Below are positions 1-10,165 of a DNA stretch of 64,000 nucleotides, in pieces (the first letter of the stretch is position 1; every line of letters starts with the position of its first letter). The stretch spans positions 32,001 to 96,000 of the forward strand of contig CBDCWP010000039.1 in the NCBI GenBank assembly GCA_965223505.1, written 5' to 3'. The DNA is from Planctomycetota bacterium. Its GTDB lineage: Bacteria > Planctomycetota > PLA2 > JAEUHO01. Under the pieces are notes generated by a model that made no database searches, was not told the origin of the DNA, and was given only the letters and a program-made list of their open reading frames with translations. Made by a program: the position numbers and the translations under genes.

Positions 1-1
1 T

Positions 2-412
2 GCCTTCGGCGCGAGCGGCATCGGTGAGGTCGGCGGGACGTACTTCCAGAACGAACACAAGCTCAGCCGCTACCAGGCGGCCGTCAGCGAGAGTCGTCTG
101 CCGACCTCCCGGGGCTACGCGATGAGCGCGGAGGACCGGTTGCGCCGCCACGTCATCACGACGCTGATGATCCACATGCGCTGCGACTTCGACCCCGTCG
201 AACGCGAGTTCGGCATCGACTTCGGGAAGACGTTCGCGCCGGAGCTGGACGCGCTGACGTCGTTCGTCAACGACGGTCTCGTCAGGCTCCATCCCGAGCG
301 CATCGAGATCACTCCGCTGGGACGGCTGTTCGTCCGCAACGTGTGCATGCTCTTCGACGCGTACCTCGAACAGCACGGCAGCGGCAAGAAGCGCTTTTCG
401 AGAACGGTATGA
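2..412 (+). CDS. hemN: Oxygen-independent coproporphyrinogen III oxidase, C-terminal part (truncated by window start)
   Basis: Open frame from base 2: FGASGIG..YFQN..RGY..D.LRR.VI..LM, ending TPLGRLFVRNVCMLFDAYL..RFSRTV, a typical HemN C-terminus. Confidence 0.85.
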   Translation, partial: AFGASGIGEVGGTYFQNEHKLSRYQAAVSESRLPTSRGYAMSAEDRLRRHVITTLMIHMRCDFDPVEREFGIDFGKTFAPELDALTSFVNDGLVRLHPERIEITPLGRLFVRNVCMLFDAYLEQHGSGKKRFSRTV

Positions 413-1647
413 CGACTGCTCCGGCGCTGATCGAGAACGGGCGGCTCAATCCCGGATACTTGAAGCTCGATTTGTTCTGCAAGGGGCTGCGGATCGCCGA
501 GGACTGTTCGCTCGACGGCGCCGGCCCGCGGCGCATGCGCTCCGGACTCGGCAGCGGGCTGGAGCTTCGCATTCCGCGTTCGGGCGGCATGTGCGTCAAC
601 GCGCCCGTCGTCGAGTCGTTCGCGCGGGAGAGCCCGTACACGCTCCACGGGCCGAGCACTGCCGGCCGGCACCTGCTGCGGCGCGACGGTCGCGACGTTT
701 GCGAGCTGATCGTCCAGCCGCCGCCGCGCTTCTACGAGACGCGCACGACCGGCGGGGTGCGCATGGGATCCGTCGGCGTCATTCAAGGCACGTACCTGGG
801 CATCTACTACGGCACGCTGTGCGCCAACTGGAAGCACCCCGAGCTCGACAACTGTCGATTCTGCTCGATCGGGGACAACGTCGGCGCCGGCGACGACACG
901 ACCGGCAAGTCGCCGCGCGACATCCTCGAGACCGCGGCCGCGGCACGCGCGGAGCTCGGGATCACGTTCGTCCATCTGAACGGCGGGTTCGACGACACCG
1001 GCGCGTACCTCGAGCGCTTCGTGCCGGTCCTCTCCGAGCTGCGGAAGACCGGTCTGCTCACGGGCGTACAGCTTCCGCCGCTACCGGACTTCGAGCAGTA
1101 CCGCGCGCTGCGCGCATTGGGCGTCAACAACGTGTCCCTGTGCTTCGAGATCTGGAACGAGCAGCGTTTCCAGGAGGTCTGTCCCGGCAAGGCCCGCCGG
1201 TGCAGCCACGCGCGCTATCGCGACGCCATCCGGTTCTGCGCGCAGGACGTTCGATTCGACACGACCAACGGCGAGCTGATCGCCGGGCTCGAACGTCCCG
1301 AGGACTCGATGGCGGCCGTCGACTGGCTGACCGGCGTCGGCGCCGTTCCGACGGTCTGCGTGTTTCGCCCGGTTCCCGGTACGCCGTACCAGCATCTGCC
1401 GCCGCCGGACACCGAGTCGATGGTGCCGATCTTCGCGCACCTGTACGAGCGGTGCATGGATGCCGGCCTGCCGATCGGCGTCGCGCCGAACGTGCACGTG
1501 TCCATCGTGATGAACCCGGAGGAGTGCCGCTGGCTGCTCCCGTCGGAGCGCCGCAGGGGGTGGCGTCTTCGGCGCGCCAAGCTCGCCGTCATGCGTTCGC
1601 TGTTCGCGTGGCGCGTGTCCGCCGGCCTTCGCCGCCTCGACAGCTGA
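409..1647 (+). CDS. Radical SAM protein, MSMEG_0568-like, with extended Cx10Cx2C motif
   Basis: ATGA overlap with hemN stop; motif CANWKHPELDNCRFC; N-terminal R.SGLGSG..PRFY segment; LIAGLE..GAVPTVCVFRP. Confidence 0.75.
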   Translation: MTTAPALIENGRLNPGYLKLDLFCKGLRIAEDCSLDGAGPRRMRSGLGSGLELRIPRSGGMCVNAPVVESFARESPYTLHGPSTAGRHLLRRDGRDVCELIVQPPPRFYETRTTGGVRMGSVGVIQGTYLGIYYGTLCANWKHPELDNCRFCSIGDNVGAGDDTTGKSPRDILETAAAARAELGITFVHLNGGFDDTGAYLERFVPVLSELRKTGLLTGVQLPPLPDFEQYRALRALGVNNVSLCFEIWNEQRFQEVCPGKARRCSHARYRDAIRFCAQDVRFDTTNGELIAGLERPEDSMAAVDWLTGVGAVPTVCVFRPVPGTPYQHLPPPDTESMVPIFAHLYERCMDAGLPIGVAPNVHVSIVMNPEECRWLLPSERRRGWRLRRAKLAVMRSLFAWRVSAGLRRLDS

Positions 1648-1763
1648 TCGGCGCGCCGCGCGCAGGGTTCCTCACCCGCGTGCGCAGAGGTCCTCATGCA
1701 GTGGACCGACGCCGGGATGCAGCAGGTCTCTGCACCTTTGGCACGTCTTTCTCATGTGGGGAG

Positions 1764-1779
1764 TTGAACCGGGGTTCAA
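1764..1779. promoter_or_regulatory. Palindrome TTGAAC-N4-GTTCAA, candidate operator of the benzoyl-CoA operon
   Basis: Perfect 6-bp inverted repeat immediately upstream of the GGAGG RBS (1783-1787) of had. Confidence 0.45.
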
Positions 1780-1798
1780 AACGGAGGTCGACGACGCG

Positions 1799-2878
1799 TT
1801 GACGGTGCAGCAGATCCACGGCTGGGAGATGACCGCGGTCGGCGAGCCGCTGCGGGAAGCCGTGCGGGACGTGGCGTCGATCGCCGACGACGACGTGCTG
1901 GTCGAGATCGCGGGGTGCGGCGTCTGCCACACCGACCTGGGGTTCCTCTACGACGGCGTGCCGACGCGGCATCCGTTGCCCTTGATCCTCGGGCACGAGA
2001 TCAGCGGCACCGTCGTGGAGACCGGTGCCAACGCCGCCCGATGGAACGGACGCAAGGTCATCGTCCCCGCCGTGATGCCCTGCGGCCGGTGCGACGTCTG
2101 CCGGCGCGGTCGCGGGAGCATCTGCCCGAAGCAGATCTTCCCCGGCAACGATCTCGACGGCGGGTTCGCCACCCACGTCGTCGTCCCGGCGCAGGGGTTG
2201 TGCGAGGTGCCGTCGAACGGCAGCGACGTCGCCCTGGCCGACCTCTCGGTCGTCGCCGACGCCATCACGACGCCGTACCAGGCGATCGTTCGAAGCGGCC
2301 TCGGCGAGGGGGACCTCGCCATCTTCGTGGGCATCGGTGGTGTCGGCGGTTTCGGCGTGCAGATCGCGAACGCGCTCGGTGCCACGGTCATCGCGATCGA
2401 CGTCGATGCGAAGCGGCTCGCGCTCAGCGCCGACCACGGCGCCGCGTTGACGATCGACGCGCAGGAGCACGACGCCCGCGCGATCAAGAAGATGGTTCGC
2501 GAGTACGCGAAGTCGAACGCGCTGCCGCGCGTCGAATGGAAGATCTTCGAGACGTCGGGCACGCCCGCCGGCCAGCAGACCGCGTTCAGCCTGCTCTGCC
2601 ACGGCGCCTACCTCAGTGTCGTCGGGTTCACGCCGAAGCGCGTCGAGGTGCCGGTTTCCCACCTGATGGCGTTCGACGCGCGCGCGGAGGGCTGCTGGGG
2701 CTGCCTGCCGGAGCTCTATCCGGCGGCGTTGGACCTCGTGCTCGCAGGCGAGGTGCAGCTCGGTCCGTTCGTGCAGCGGCGTTCGCTGGCCTCCATCAAC
2801 GAGACGTTCGAAGAGCTGCGCGCGCACGCGATCCGTGAACGGGTCGTGCTGCTGCCCGGAACGAACGGCTCGCGCTGA
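1799..2878 (+). CDS. had: 6-hydroxycyclohex-1-ene-1-carbonyl-CoA dehydrogenase (Zn-dependent ADH family)
   Basis: GCGVCHTD, GHE, CxxCxxC, GIGGVGG, WKIFETSGTPAGQ; operon context; TTG start chosen from the GGAGG RBS. Confidence 0.9.
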   Translation: MTVQQIHGWEMTAVGEPLREAVRDVASIADDDVLVEIAGCGVCHTDLGFLYDGVPTRHPLPLILGHEISGTVVETGANAARWNGRKVIVPAVMPCGRCDVCRRGRGSICPKQIFPGNDLDGGFATHVVVPAQGLCEVPSNGSDVALADLSVVADAITTPYQAIVRSGLGEGDLAIFVGIGGVGGFGVQIANALGATVIAIDVDAKRLALSADHGAALTIDAQEHDARAIKKMVREYAKSNALPRVEWKIFETSGTPAGQQTAFSLLCHGAYLSVVGFTPKRVEVPVSHLMAFDARAEGCWGCLPELYPAALDLVLAGEVQLGPFVQRRSLASINETFEELRAHAIRERVVLLPGTNGSR

Positions 2879-2895
2879 CGAAAGGAAATGACTCG

Positions 2896-4005
2896 ATGTT
2901 CGACTTCAAGAATCACGAGCTCGCCGAAGGTGTCGAGTACCCCGGCGTGGGCTACGAGTTGAAGCCGTGTCTGGACAAGGCCGGCCAGCCCGTCGAAGGG
3001 CTCAACAACGCGTGGATCACGCTCGACAACCCGTCGCAGCTCAACTCCTACACGACGGAGATGGTGAAGGGCGTCATCCTCGACTTCCGGCGGGCGTCCG
3101 AAGACCGCACCGTCAACTGCGTCGTGTTCACCGGCGCGGGCGAGCGGGCGTTCTGCACGGGCGGCAACACGAAGGAGTACGCCGAGTACTACGCCGGGCG
3201 CCCCGAGGAGTACCGCCGCTACATGCGGCTCTTCAACGACATGGTCTCCGCCATCCTGGCCTGCGACAAACCCGTCATCTGCCGGGTCAACGGCATGCGC
3301 ATCGCCGGCGGCCAGGAGATCGGCATGGCCTGCGACTTCACGATCGCGTCCGATCTGGCCGTGTTCGGCCAGGCGGGGCCGCGGCACGGCTCGGCCCCCG
3401 ACGGCGGCTCGACCGACTTCCTGCCGTTGTTCGTCGGCATCGAGCGCGCCATGGAGAGCTGCACGCTTTGCGAGACATGGAGCGCCCACAAGGCGCTGCG
3501 TCTCGGCCTGGTCTCGGAGATCGTTCCGGCGCTCAAGGTCGAGGGGCACTACGTCCCCAACCCGTTCGTCATCACCGATCAGGTCGCGGACGCGTACGGC
3601 CGCTCCGTGATCGGCGAGATGAAGACCGGCGGGGCCGCGCGCGCCGAGGCGAAGGACCAGCTCAGCCGCGGCACGGTCGATCTCTCCCTGCTGGACGAGG
3701 CCGTCGAGCGCATGTGCACCAAGCTGCTCTACACGATGCCCGGCTGTGTCGAGAAGACGATTCAGTCGGTGCGCAAGCACAAGCTCGAGCACTGGGATCG
3801 CAACAAGGAGACGAACCGCGCCTGGCTCGGGCTCAACATGATGACCGAGGCGAACGCCGGCTTCCGCGCCTTCAACGAAGGCACGAAGCGCAGCCGCGAG
3901 GTGGACTTCGTCGCGCTCCGGCAGCGGCTCGCCGCCGGCGAGACATGGGGGCCGGAGCTCATCGAGAGCGTGCTGCCCGCCGCGCAGGAAGAGCTCATCG
4001 GATGA
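2896..4005 (+). CDS. oah: 6-oxocyclohex-1-ene-1-carbonyl-CoA hydrolase
   Basis: Crotonase fold with AWITLDNPSQLNSYTT, FCTGGNTKEYAEYYAG, GQAGPRHGSAP, WLGLNMMTEA. Confidence 0.95.
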   Translation: MFDFKNHELAEGVEYPGVGYELKPCLDKAGQPVEGLNNAWITLDNPSQLNSYTTEMVKGVILDFRRASEDRTVNCVVFTGAGERAFCTGGNTKEYAEYYAGRPEEYRRYMRLFNDMVSAILACDKPVICRVNGMRIAGGQEIGMACDFTIASDLAVFGQAGPRHGSAPDGGSTDFLPLFVGIERAMESCTLCETWSAHKALRLGLVSEIVPALKVEGHYVPNPFVITDQVADAYGRSVIGEMKTGGAARAEAKDQLSRGTVDLSLLDEAVERMCTKLLYTMPGCVEKTIQSVRKHKLEHWDRNKETNRAWLGLNMMTEANAGFRAFNEGTKRSREVDFVALRQRLAAGETWGPELIESVLPAAQEELIG

Positions 4006-4775
4006 GCACGGGCCGGCCGGTCGAGGTGACGCATCTTGACGACGGCGCCTTTGCGCACGTCGTCATCGGGCGCCCGCCCGGCAACATCCTCGACGCCGAG
4101 ACCGTCGACGCGTTGCGCGATGCCGTGCGGGCCCAAGCCGACCGACCGGAGCTCAAGGCGCTGTTGATCGAAGGCGCGGGCAAGCACTTCTCGTTCGGCG
4201 CGAGCGTCGAGGAGCACCTGCCCGACCAGGTGGCCGGCATGCTCGAAGGCTTCCACGGGTTGTTTCGCGATCTGATCGCGCTGCACGTTCCCGTCATCGC
4301 CGTGGTGCGCGGTCAGTGCCTCGGGGGCGGGCTCGAGCTGGTCGCGTACTGCCACCGCGTCTTCGCGAAGCCGGACGCGAAGCTCGGACAGCCCGAGGTG
4401 AAGCTGGGCGTGTTCGCGCCCGCCGGGTCCGTCCTGCTGCCGGAGCGCGTCGGCCAGGCGCGCGCCGACGACCTGCTGCTCAGTGGACGCGTGCTCGGGT
4501 GCGAAGAGGCGCTCGAGCTCGGCCTGATCGACGAGATCGCCTACGAGCCGACCGACGCCGCCCTCGAGTACGTCCGCACGCAGTTCGGCCCGTGCTCGGC
4601 GTCGTCGCTGCGGATGGCGACGCGCGCCGCGCGGCTTGCCTTCGACCGTCGATTCCTGCGCGACATCGACGTCCTCGAATCGATGTACCTGAACGAGCTG
4701 ATGGCGCTCAGCGACCCCGAGGAGGGGTTGCGGGCGTTTCTCGAGAAGCGCCGCCCCGCGTGGAGCGACGCCTGA
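4002..4775 (+). CDS. dch: Cyclohexa-1,5-dienecarbonyl-CoA hydratase
   Basis: ATGA overlap with oah; HFSFGASVEEH, CLGGGLEL, GQPEVKLGVFAP, EGLRAFLEKR. Confidence 0.9.
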   Translation: MSTGRPVEVTHLDDGAFAHVVIGRPPGNILDAETVDALRDAVRAQADRPELKALLIEGAGKHFSFGASVEEHLPDQVAGMLEGFHGLFRDLIALHVPVIAVVRGQCLGGGLELVAYCHRVFAKPDAKLGQPEVKLGVFAPAGSVLLPERVGQARADDLLLSGRVLGCEEALELGLIDEIAYEPTDAALEYVRTQFGPCSASSLRMATRAARLAFDRRFLRDIDVLESMYLNELMALSDPEEGLRAFLEKRRPAWSDA

Positions 4776-4784
4776 GGAGCTGAA

Positions 4785-5966
4785 ATGGTGAATGCGACCG
4801 CCGAGCTCGACACGCTGAACGAATTGGTCGAGCGCAGCGACGTCCTCTATCACGACGTCGCGCTTCGAAGCGTACGCGCGTGGAAGGAGGCCAATCCCGG
4901 CAGGCGCGCGGTCGGCCACATGCCCGTGTGGACGCCGCGCGAACTGATTCACGCTGCGGGAATGCTGCCGGTCGGCATCATGGGGGGCGGCGACGACGTC
5001 GAGATCATCAAGGGCGACGCGTACTTCCAGAGCTACATCTGCCACATTCCCCGCAGCACGATCGAGATGAGCCTGAACGGCAGCCTCGACGTTCTCGACG
5101 CGATGATCTTCCCGAGCATCTGCGACGTCATCCGCAACCTCTCCGGCATGTGGCAGATGCTCTTTCCCGAGCGTCCGGCCTGGTACTTCGACATGCCGCA
5201 GAGCTTCGACGAGATCGGACGCGAGTTCTTCATCCGCGAGCTCGACGTCCTGCGCGGCGAGCTGGCGGGCGTCGCCGGCGCCGAGATCACCGACGACGCG
5301 CTGCGGGCGTCGATTCGCCTCTACAACGAGAACCGCCGGCGCGTCGAGGACCTCTACCAGAAGCGGCGCGAGTCGCCGTGGCTGTACCCGAGCAACGAGG
5401 TCTACCGCATCATGCGGGCCGGAAACCTCCTGCCGGTGGACGAGCACAACGCGCTCATCACCGACTACGTCGCCGCCGCATCCGGGAGCGACCGCCACGC
5501 GATGGACAGCGCGCGGGTGATCGTCGTCGGCTCGTTCTGCGAGCAGCCGCCGCTCAACCTGATCCGTACGATCGAGCGGGCGGGCTGCTACATCGTCGAC
5601 GACGACTTCGTCTTCGGAAACCGGATGATCGCCGGCGACATCGAGGAGGACGGCAATCCGCTCGAGAACCTCGTGGACGCGTTCATCGAGCACGCCCGTG
5701 AAGCGTCGTTCCTCTACTGCGAGCAGGACAAGGGCGCGGAGCTGGTCGAGCGCATTCGCGCAAGCCACGCCGAGGGGGTGCTGTTCTGCGCGCCGAGCTT
5801 CTGCGATCCCGCGCTGCTGGATCAACCGATGCTGGTGCGCGCCGTGGAGGCCGTCGGCGTGCCGCACACGAGCTTCAAGTACGCCGAGAACACCGGCCAA
5901 TTCCAGGTCATCCGGGAGCAGGCCGGCACGTTCGCCGATTCGATCAAGTTGTGGGGGGCGGCATGA
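4785..5966 (+). CDS. bcrC: Benzoyl-CoA reductase subunit C
   Basis: GDAYFQSYICHIPRSTIE, FPSICDVIRNLSGMW, PSFCDPALL, EQAGTFADSIKLW. Confidence 0.95.
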   Translation: MVNATAELDTLNELVERSDVLYHDVALRSVRAWKEANPGRRAVGHMPVWTPRELIHAAGMLPVGIMGGGDDVEIIKGDAYFQSYICHIPRSTIEMSLNGSLDVLDAMIFPSICDVIRNLSGMWQMLFPERPAWYFDMPQSFDEIGREFFIRELDVLRGELAGVAGAEITDDALRASIRLYNENRRRVEDLYQKRRESPWLYPSNEVYRIMRAGNLLPVDEHNALITDYVAAASGSDRHAMDSARVIVVGSFCEQPPLNLIRTIERAGCYIVDDDFVFGNRMIAGDIEEDGNPLENLVDAFIEHAREASFLYCEQDKGAELVERIRASHAEGVLFCAPSFCDPALLDQPMLVRAVEAVGVPHTSFKYAENTGQFQVIREQAGTFADSIKLWGAA

Positions 5967-7255
5967 GCAGTTCCGTGGAGAGCAAGGACGTCAAGAAGGA
6001 CAGCAGCATGGATCTGCAGAAGACCATGCTCGCGCATCACTACGGACGACTCGCGCGGGCCGAGGACGAGGGGCTCAAGAGCGCGTACACGTTCGTGCCG
6101 GGCAACCTCACGGAGCTGCTGCTCAGCTTCGACATCCTTCCGGTGCTTCCCGAGATCAACGCGTTGCAGAACGCGATGCGCAAGAAGTCGGGCGGCTACA
6201 TCTCGACGGCCGAGAAGATGGGGCACTCCGAGGACGTGTGTACCTACGTCAAGTGCGACATCGGCATGGCCAACGCCGGCAATGTCGGGCCGACCGGCGA
6301 GCGGCTGCCCAAGCCGTCGGTGCTGTTGCTCTCGTACACGGGCTGCTTCACGTTCATGAAGTGGTTCGAGCTGCTCAAGCAACAGTACGACTGCCCGATC
6401 GTGATGTTCCACACGCCGTATCAGGGCGGCGGCAAGCCGACCCAGAACATGCGCGACTACATGGTGCGCCAGCTCGAGGAGAAGGTGATTCCCGAGTTGG
6501 AGACGGTGACCGGCAAGTCGTTCGACATCGACAAGCTGTCGGCCCTGTTGGCCAACTCCGCCAAAGCGGAGGACCGCTTCGTCGAGGTGCTCGAGTCCGC
6601 CAAGCACACGCCCTCGCCGATCGACGCGTACTTCGGCGGCGTCTACTACATCTCGCCGATCTTCACTGCGTTTCGCGGGACGGAGGGCGCGATCGAGTAC
6701 TACGACGTGCTGCTGAAGGAGGTCCAGGAGCGCATCGCGAAGGGGCTCGGGCCGATCACGCCCGAGGGCACCATCGACGAGGAGAAGTACCGGCTCGTCG
6801 TCGAGGGCCCGCCTTGCTGGACGAACTTCCGCGACCTCTGGAAGATGTTCTACGACGAAGGCGCGGTCGTCGTCGCCTCCACCTACACGAAGGTCGGCGG
6901 CATCTACGACAACGGCTTCCGGCACGACCCGGACAACCCGCTCGAGTCGCTCGCCGACTACTGCCTCGGCTGCTACACCAATCTGAACCTGCCGTCGCGT
7001 ACCGACATGATCGCGAAGTACGTGCAGGACTACAACGCGGACGGGTTCCTGATCAACTCGATCAAGAGCTGCAACTCGTTCAGTGCCGGACAGCTTCTGA
7101 TCCTGCGTCAGGTCGAGGAGCGCTGCGGCCGGCCGGGGGGCTTCTTCGAGTCGGACCTCGTCGATCCGCGCTACTTCAGCGGCGCGAACGTGAAGAACCG
7201 GCTGGAGTCGTACTTCCAGATGATCGAGCAGAAGCGCTCCGCGGTGGGGGTCTGA
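5963..7255 (+). CDS. bcrB: Benzoyl-CoA reductase subunit B
   Basis: [54 protein letters not shown]. Confidence 0.95.
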   Translation: MSSSVESKDVKKDSSMDLQKTMLAHHYGRLARAEDEGLKSAYTFVPGNLTELLLSFDILPVLPEINALQNAMRKKSGGYISTAEKMGHSEDVCTYVKCDIGMANAGNVGPTGERLPKPSVLLLSYTGCFTFMKWFELLKQQYDCPIVMFHTPYQGGGKPTQNMRDYMVRQLEEKVIPELETVTGKSFDIDKLSALLANSAKAEDRFVEVLESAKHTPSPIDAYFGGVYYISPIFTAFRGTEGAIEYYDVLLKEVQERIAKGLGPITPEGTIDEEKYRLVVEGPPCWTNFRDLWKMFYDEGAVVVASTYTKVGGIYDNGFRHDPDNPLESLADYCLGCYTNLNLPSRTDMIAKYVQDYNADGFLINSIKSCNSFSAGQLLILRQVEERCGRPGGFFESDLVDPRYFSGANVKNRLESYFQMIEQKRSAVGV

Positions 7256-7256
7256 C

Positions 7257-8582
7257 ATGCGTTGTTTCGTCGGCATCGACCTGGGCTCGACCACGACCAA
7301 GGCGGTCGTGTTGGACGACAACGAGCAGCTGCTCGGCCGCGGCATCACCAACAGCCGCAGCAACTACGACCTCGCCTGCGCGGTCGCGCGCAACGAGGCG
7401 TTCATCAACGCGCGCTTCGGCCTGTTCGCCGACCGGCTCGCCGCGGCGGGCATCGAGGACGAAGAGCGCACCGCGTTGACCGAGGTGCTCGAGCGCCACT
7501 TCCGGCGCAAGCAGCACGCGGTGCAGCATGGCGCGCTGTCGGACGTGATCGCCAAGGAGACCGGCCGCGACAAGTACGCCGACCTCACCGACGAGTTGAA
7601 CGCCCGCCTGCGTGACGTGCTCGACGGCATGGCCGAGGACATCCCGGCGATGTTCGAGCCGGGCGCGGCGCGCAAGTCCGACTTCTTCCGCGACATCGCG
7701 ACGAGCGCGTTCATGAAGCGCGCGGAAGCGGCCGGCGACGAGACCGTAGGCTTCGACCTGCTGATGAGCATCTTCGACCGCTCGATCATCCACGTGGAGA
7801 ACCAGGAGCTGGACCTCTCCTTCTCGGCGAACATCCGTCCGGCGCTGGAGAGCATGCGCGGCGAGACGGAGCGCTTCGGCGCGCTGGCGGATCGGATCGA
7901 GGGCGTCGTCAAGGAGGTCGCGGCCATCGAGCTGGAGGAGGTCAACTCCGTCGGCACCGGCTACGGGCGCAGCAAGCTGCCCTTCCGCAAGGACCAGATC
8001 CGGTCCGAGATCCTCTGTCACGGGCTCGGCGCGCATTGGATGTTCCCCGACACGCGCACGGTGCTCGACATCGGCGGTCAGGACACGAAGGCGATCCAGG
8101 TCGACGACGCGGGCATCGTCACGAGCTTCCAGATGAACGACCGCTGCGCCGCGGGTTGCGGCCGCTACCTCGGGTACATCGCGGACGAGATGAATCTCGG
8201 CGTGCACGAGCTCGGGCCGATCGCGCAGAAGTCCTGCCGGACGATCAAGATCTCGTCGACGTGCACGGTGTTCGCGGGCGCGGAGCTGCGCGACCGGCTC
8301 ACGCTCGGCGACAAGCGCGAGGACGTGCTCGCGGGACTGCACCGCGCGATGATGCTGCGCGCGATGTCGCTGCTGGCGCGTTCGGGCGGCATCGACGACG
8401 AGTTCACCTTCACCGGCGGCGTCGCCAAGAACCCGGCGGCGGTCGACGCGCTGCGCCGGCTCGTCTCGGAGAACTACGGCGAGCGCACGCTGAACATCTC
8501 GCCGGACTCGATCTACACGGGCGCGATCGGCGCGTCGTTGTTTGCGCGTCGCGGGGGCGGCGAGGCGGCGGAGGCGGCATGA
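7257..8582 (+). CDS. bcrA: Benzoyl-CoA reductase subunit A (ASKHA activase, long ~440 aa form)
   Basis: [49 protein letters not shown]. Confidence 0.95.
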   Translation: MRCFVGIDLGSTTTKAVVLDDNEQLLGRGITNSRSNYDLACAVARNEAFINARFGLFADRLAAAGIEDEERTALTEVLERHFRRKQHAVQHGALSDVIAKETGRDKYADLTDELNARLRDVLDGMAEDIPAMFEPGAARKSDFFRDIATSAFMKRAEAAGDETVGFDLLMSIFDRSIIHVENQELDLSFSANIRPALESMRGETERFGALADRIEGVVKEVAAIELEEVNSVGTGYGRSKLPFRKDQIRSEILCHGLGAHWMFPDTRTVLDIGGQDTKAIQVDDAGIVTSFQMNDRCAAGCGRYLGYIADEMNLGVHELGPIAQKSCRTIKISSTCTVFAGAELRDRLTLGDKREDVLAGLHRAMMLRAMSLLARSGGIDDEFTFTGGVAKNPAAVDALRRLVSENYGERTLNISPDSIYTGAIGASLFARRGGGEAAEAA

Positions 8583-9430
8583 GCACCACAGCGGGCATCG
8601 ACGTCGGCAGCAGCACGATCAAGACCGTCGTCATCGAGGGCATGGGGCAGGACGCGCGCGTCCGGGCCCGGAGCATCGACCGCATCCGGCGTCGCGATCC
8701 GGGCGTCGTGATCCGCGCCTCGTTCGACCAGGCGCTGCGCGAGGCGGGGCTCGCCGCCGAGGACCTCGACTACGTCGCGACGACCGGCGAGGGCGAGCTC
8801 GTGCCGTTTCGCACCGGCCACTTCTACAGCATGACCGCGCATGCGCGCGGCGGGCTGTTCCTGGTTCCGGAAGCGCGGGCGGTCATGGACGTCGGCGCGC
8901 TGCACGCGCGCGCGATCTTGATGGACGATCGCTCCAAGGTGCTCGGCTACCGGATGACCAACCAGTGCGCGTCGGGCTCGGGCCAGTTCCTCGAGAACAT
9001 CGCGCGCTACCTCGGCGTGGCGCTCGACGAGGTGGGGGAGCTCTCGCAGTCCGCGGGCGATCCCGAGAAGTGCTCGAGCATCTGCGCCGTGCTCGCGGAG
9101 ACCGACGTCATCAACATGGTGTCGCGCGGCATCTCGACGCCGGACATCCTGAAGGGCATCCACCTCTCGATGGCCGGCCGGCTCGTGCGCCTGCTGGCCG
9201 CGGCCAAGGTCGAGGAGACCGTGATCATGACCGGCGGGCTCGCGTCCGACTCGGGGCTGAAGAAGGCCGTCGAGGAGACGCTCGAGAAGGAGAACAAGGA
9301 CTTCGACGTGCGCGTGCACCCGGACTCGATCCTGGCCGGCGCGATCGGCGCGGCGCTGTGGGGCGCGTTCCGGCACGACGTCCTCAAGCGGCGCGGCGAC
9401 AAGCTCACGGAAACGACGGTGCGAGTCTGA
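8579..9430 (+). CDS. bcrD: Benzoyl-CoA reductase subunit D
   Basis: ATGA overlap; [42 protein letters not shown]. Confidence 0.95.
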   Translation: MSTTAGIDVGSSTIKTVVIEGMGQDARVRARSIDRIRRRDPGVVIRASFDQALREAGLAAEDLDYVATTGEGELVPFRTGHFYSMTAHARGGLFLVPEARAVMDVGALHARAILMDDRSKVLGYRMTNQCASGSGQFLENIARYLGVALDEVGELSQSAGDPEKCSSICAVLAETDVINMVSRGISTPDILKGIHLSMAGRLVRLLAAAKVEETVIMTGGLASDSGLKKAVEETLEKENKDFDVRVHPDSILAGAIGAALWGAFRHDVLKRRGDKLTETTVRV

Positions 9431-9431
9431 G

Positions 9432-10154
9432 ATGACGAAGGCGATGACCGAGCGCGTGGTGCTGGTCACGGGCGGCGGCTCCGGGATCGGGCACGCCGTG
9501 GTCGAGGCTTTGCGGCAGGCGGGCGCACACGTCGTCGCGATCGACAAGAAGCCCCCCGAGGGCGCACGCTTCGACGGGGTCATGAAGCTCGGCGTCGACG
9601 TGACGGACGAGGCGGCGGTTCAGGACGCGGTCGTCCGGATCGTCGACGAGCTCGGCGGGATCGACGGGCTGGTGCAGTGCGCCGGTGTCACCGACGACGC
9701 CGTGCTGTGGAAGATGACGCCCGAGGCGTGGCGCGAGGTGCTGGACGTCAACCTCACCGGGGCCTTCCTGATGCTGCGCGCGGTCGCGCCCCGGCTGCGC
9801 GCGCGTGGCGGAGGCGCCGTGGTCAACGTCACCTCGATCAACGGCATGCGCGGCAAGTTCGGACAGGCGAACTACGCCGCGTCGAAAGCCGGGCTGATCG
9901 GACTGACCAAGACGGCGGCCCGCGAGCTCGGGACGTTCGGCGTTCGCGTCAACGCCGTCGCCCCCGGTTTCGTCAACACACCGATGACGGCGGACCTCCC
10001 CGTCGAGGTCGTCGACCGAGCGCTGGAGGAGGCCGTCCTCGGGCGCGTGTCCGAGCCCGCCGACGTGGCCGCGGCCATCCTGTTCCTGCTTTCCGACGCC
10101 GCGCGCCAGATCACGGGCGAGACGCTGCGCGTAGACGGCGGGCAGTACATCTGA
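9432..10154 (+). CDS. SDR family oxidoreductase (FabG-like; candidate 3-hydroxyacyl/pimelyl-CoA dehydrogenase)
   Basis: TGGGSGIG, YAASK, VNAVAPG; directly follows bcrD. Confidence 0.8.
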   Translation: MTKAMTERVVLVTGGGSGIGHAVVEALRQAGAHVVAIDKKPPEGARFDGVMKLGVDVTDEAAVQDAVVRIVDELGGIDGLVQCAGVTDDAVLWKMTPEAWREVLDVNLTGAFLMLRAVAPRLRARGGGAVVNVTSINGMRGKFGQANYAASKAGLIGLTKTAARELGTFGVRVNAVAPGFVNTPMTADLPVEVVDRALEEAVLGRVSEPADVAAAILFLLSDAARQITGETLRVDGGQYI

Positions 10155-10165
10155 AAGGAAACGAC

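Noticed and set aside
3762..9583. Long antisense ORFs over bcr genes, and similar ones elsewhere (e.g. the 972-aa frame 60588-63506)
   Set aside because: High-GC shadow frames; only the motif-bearing frames or portions (e.g. rfbA from 61481) are credible
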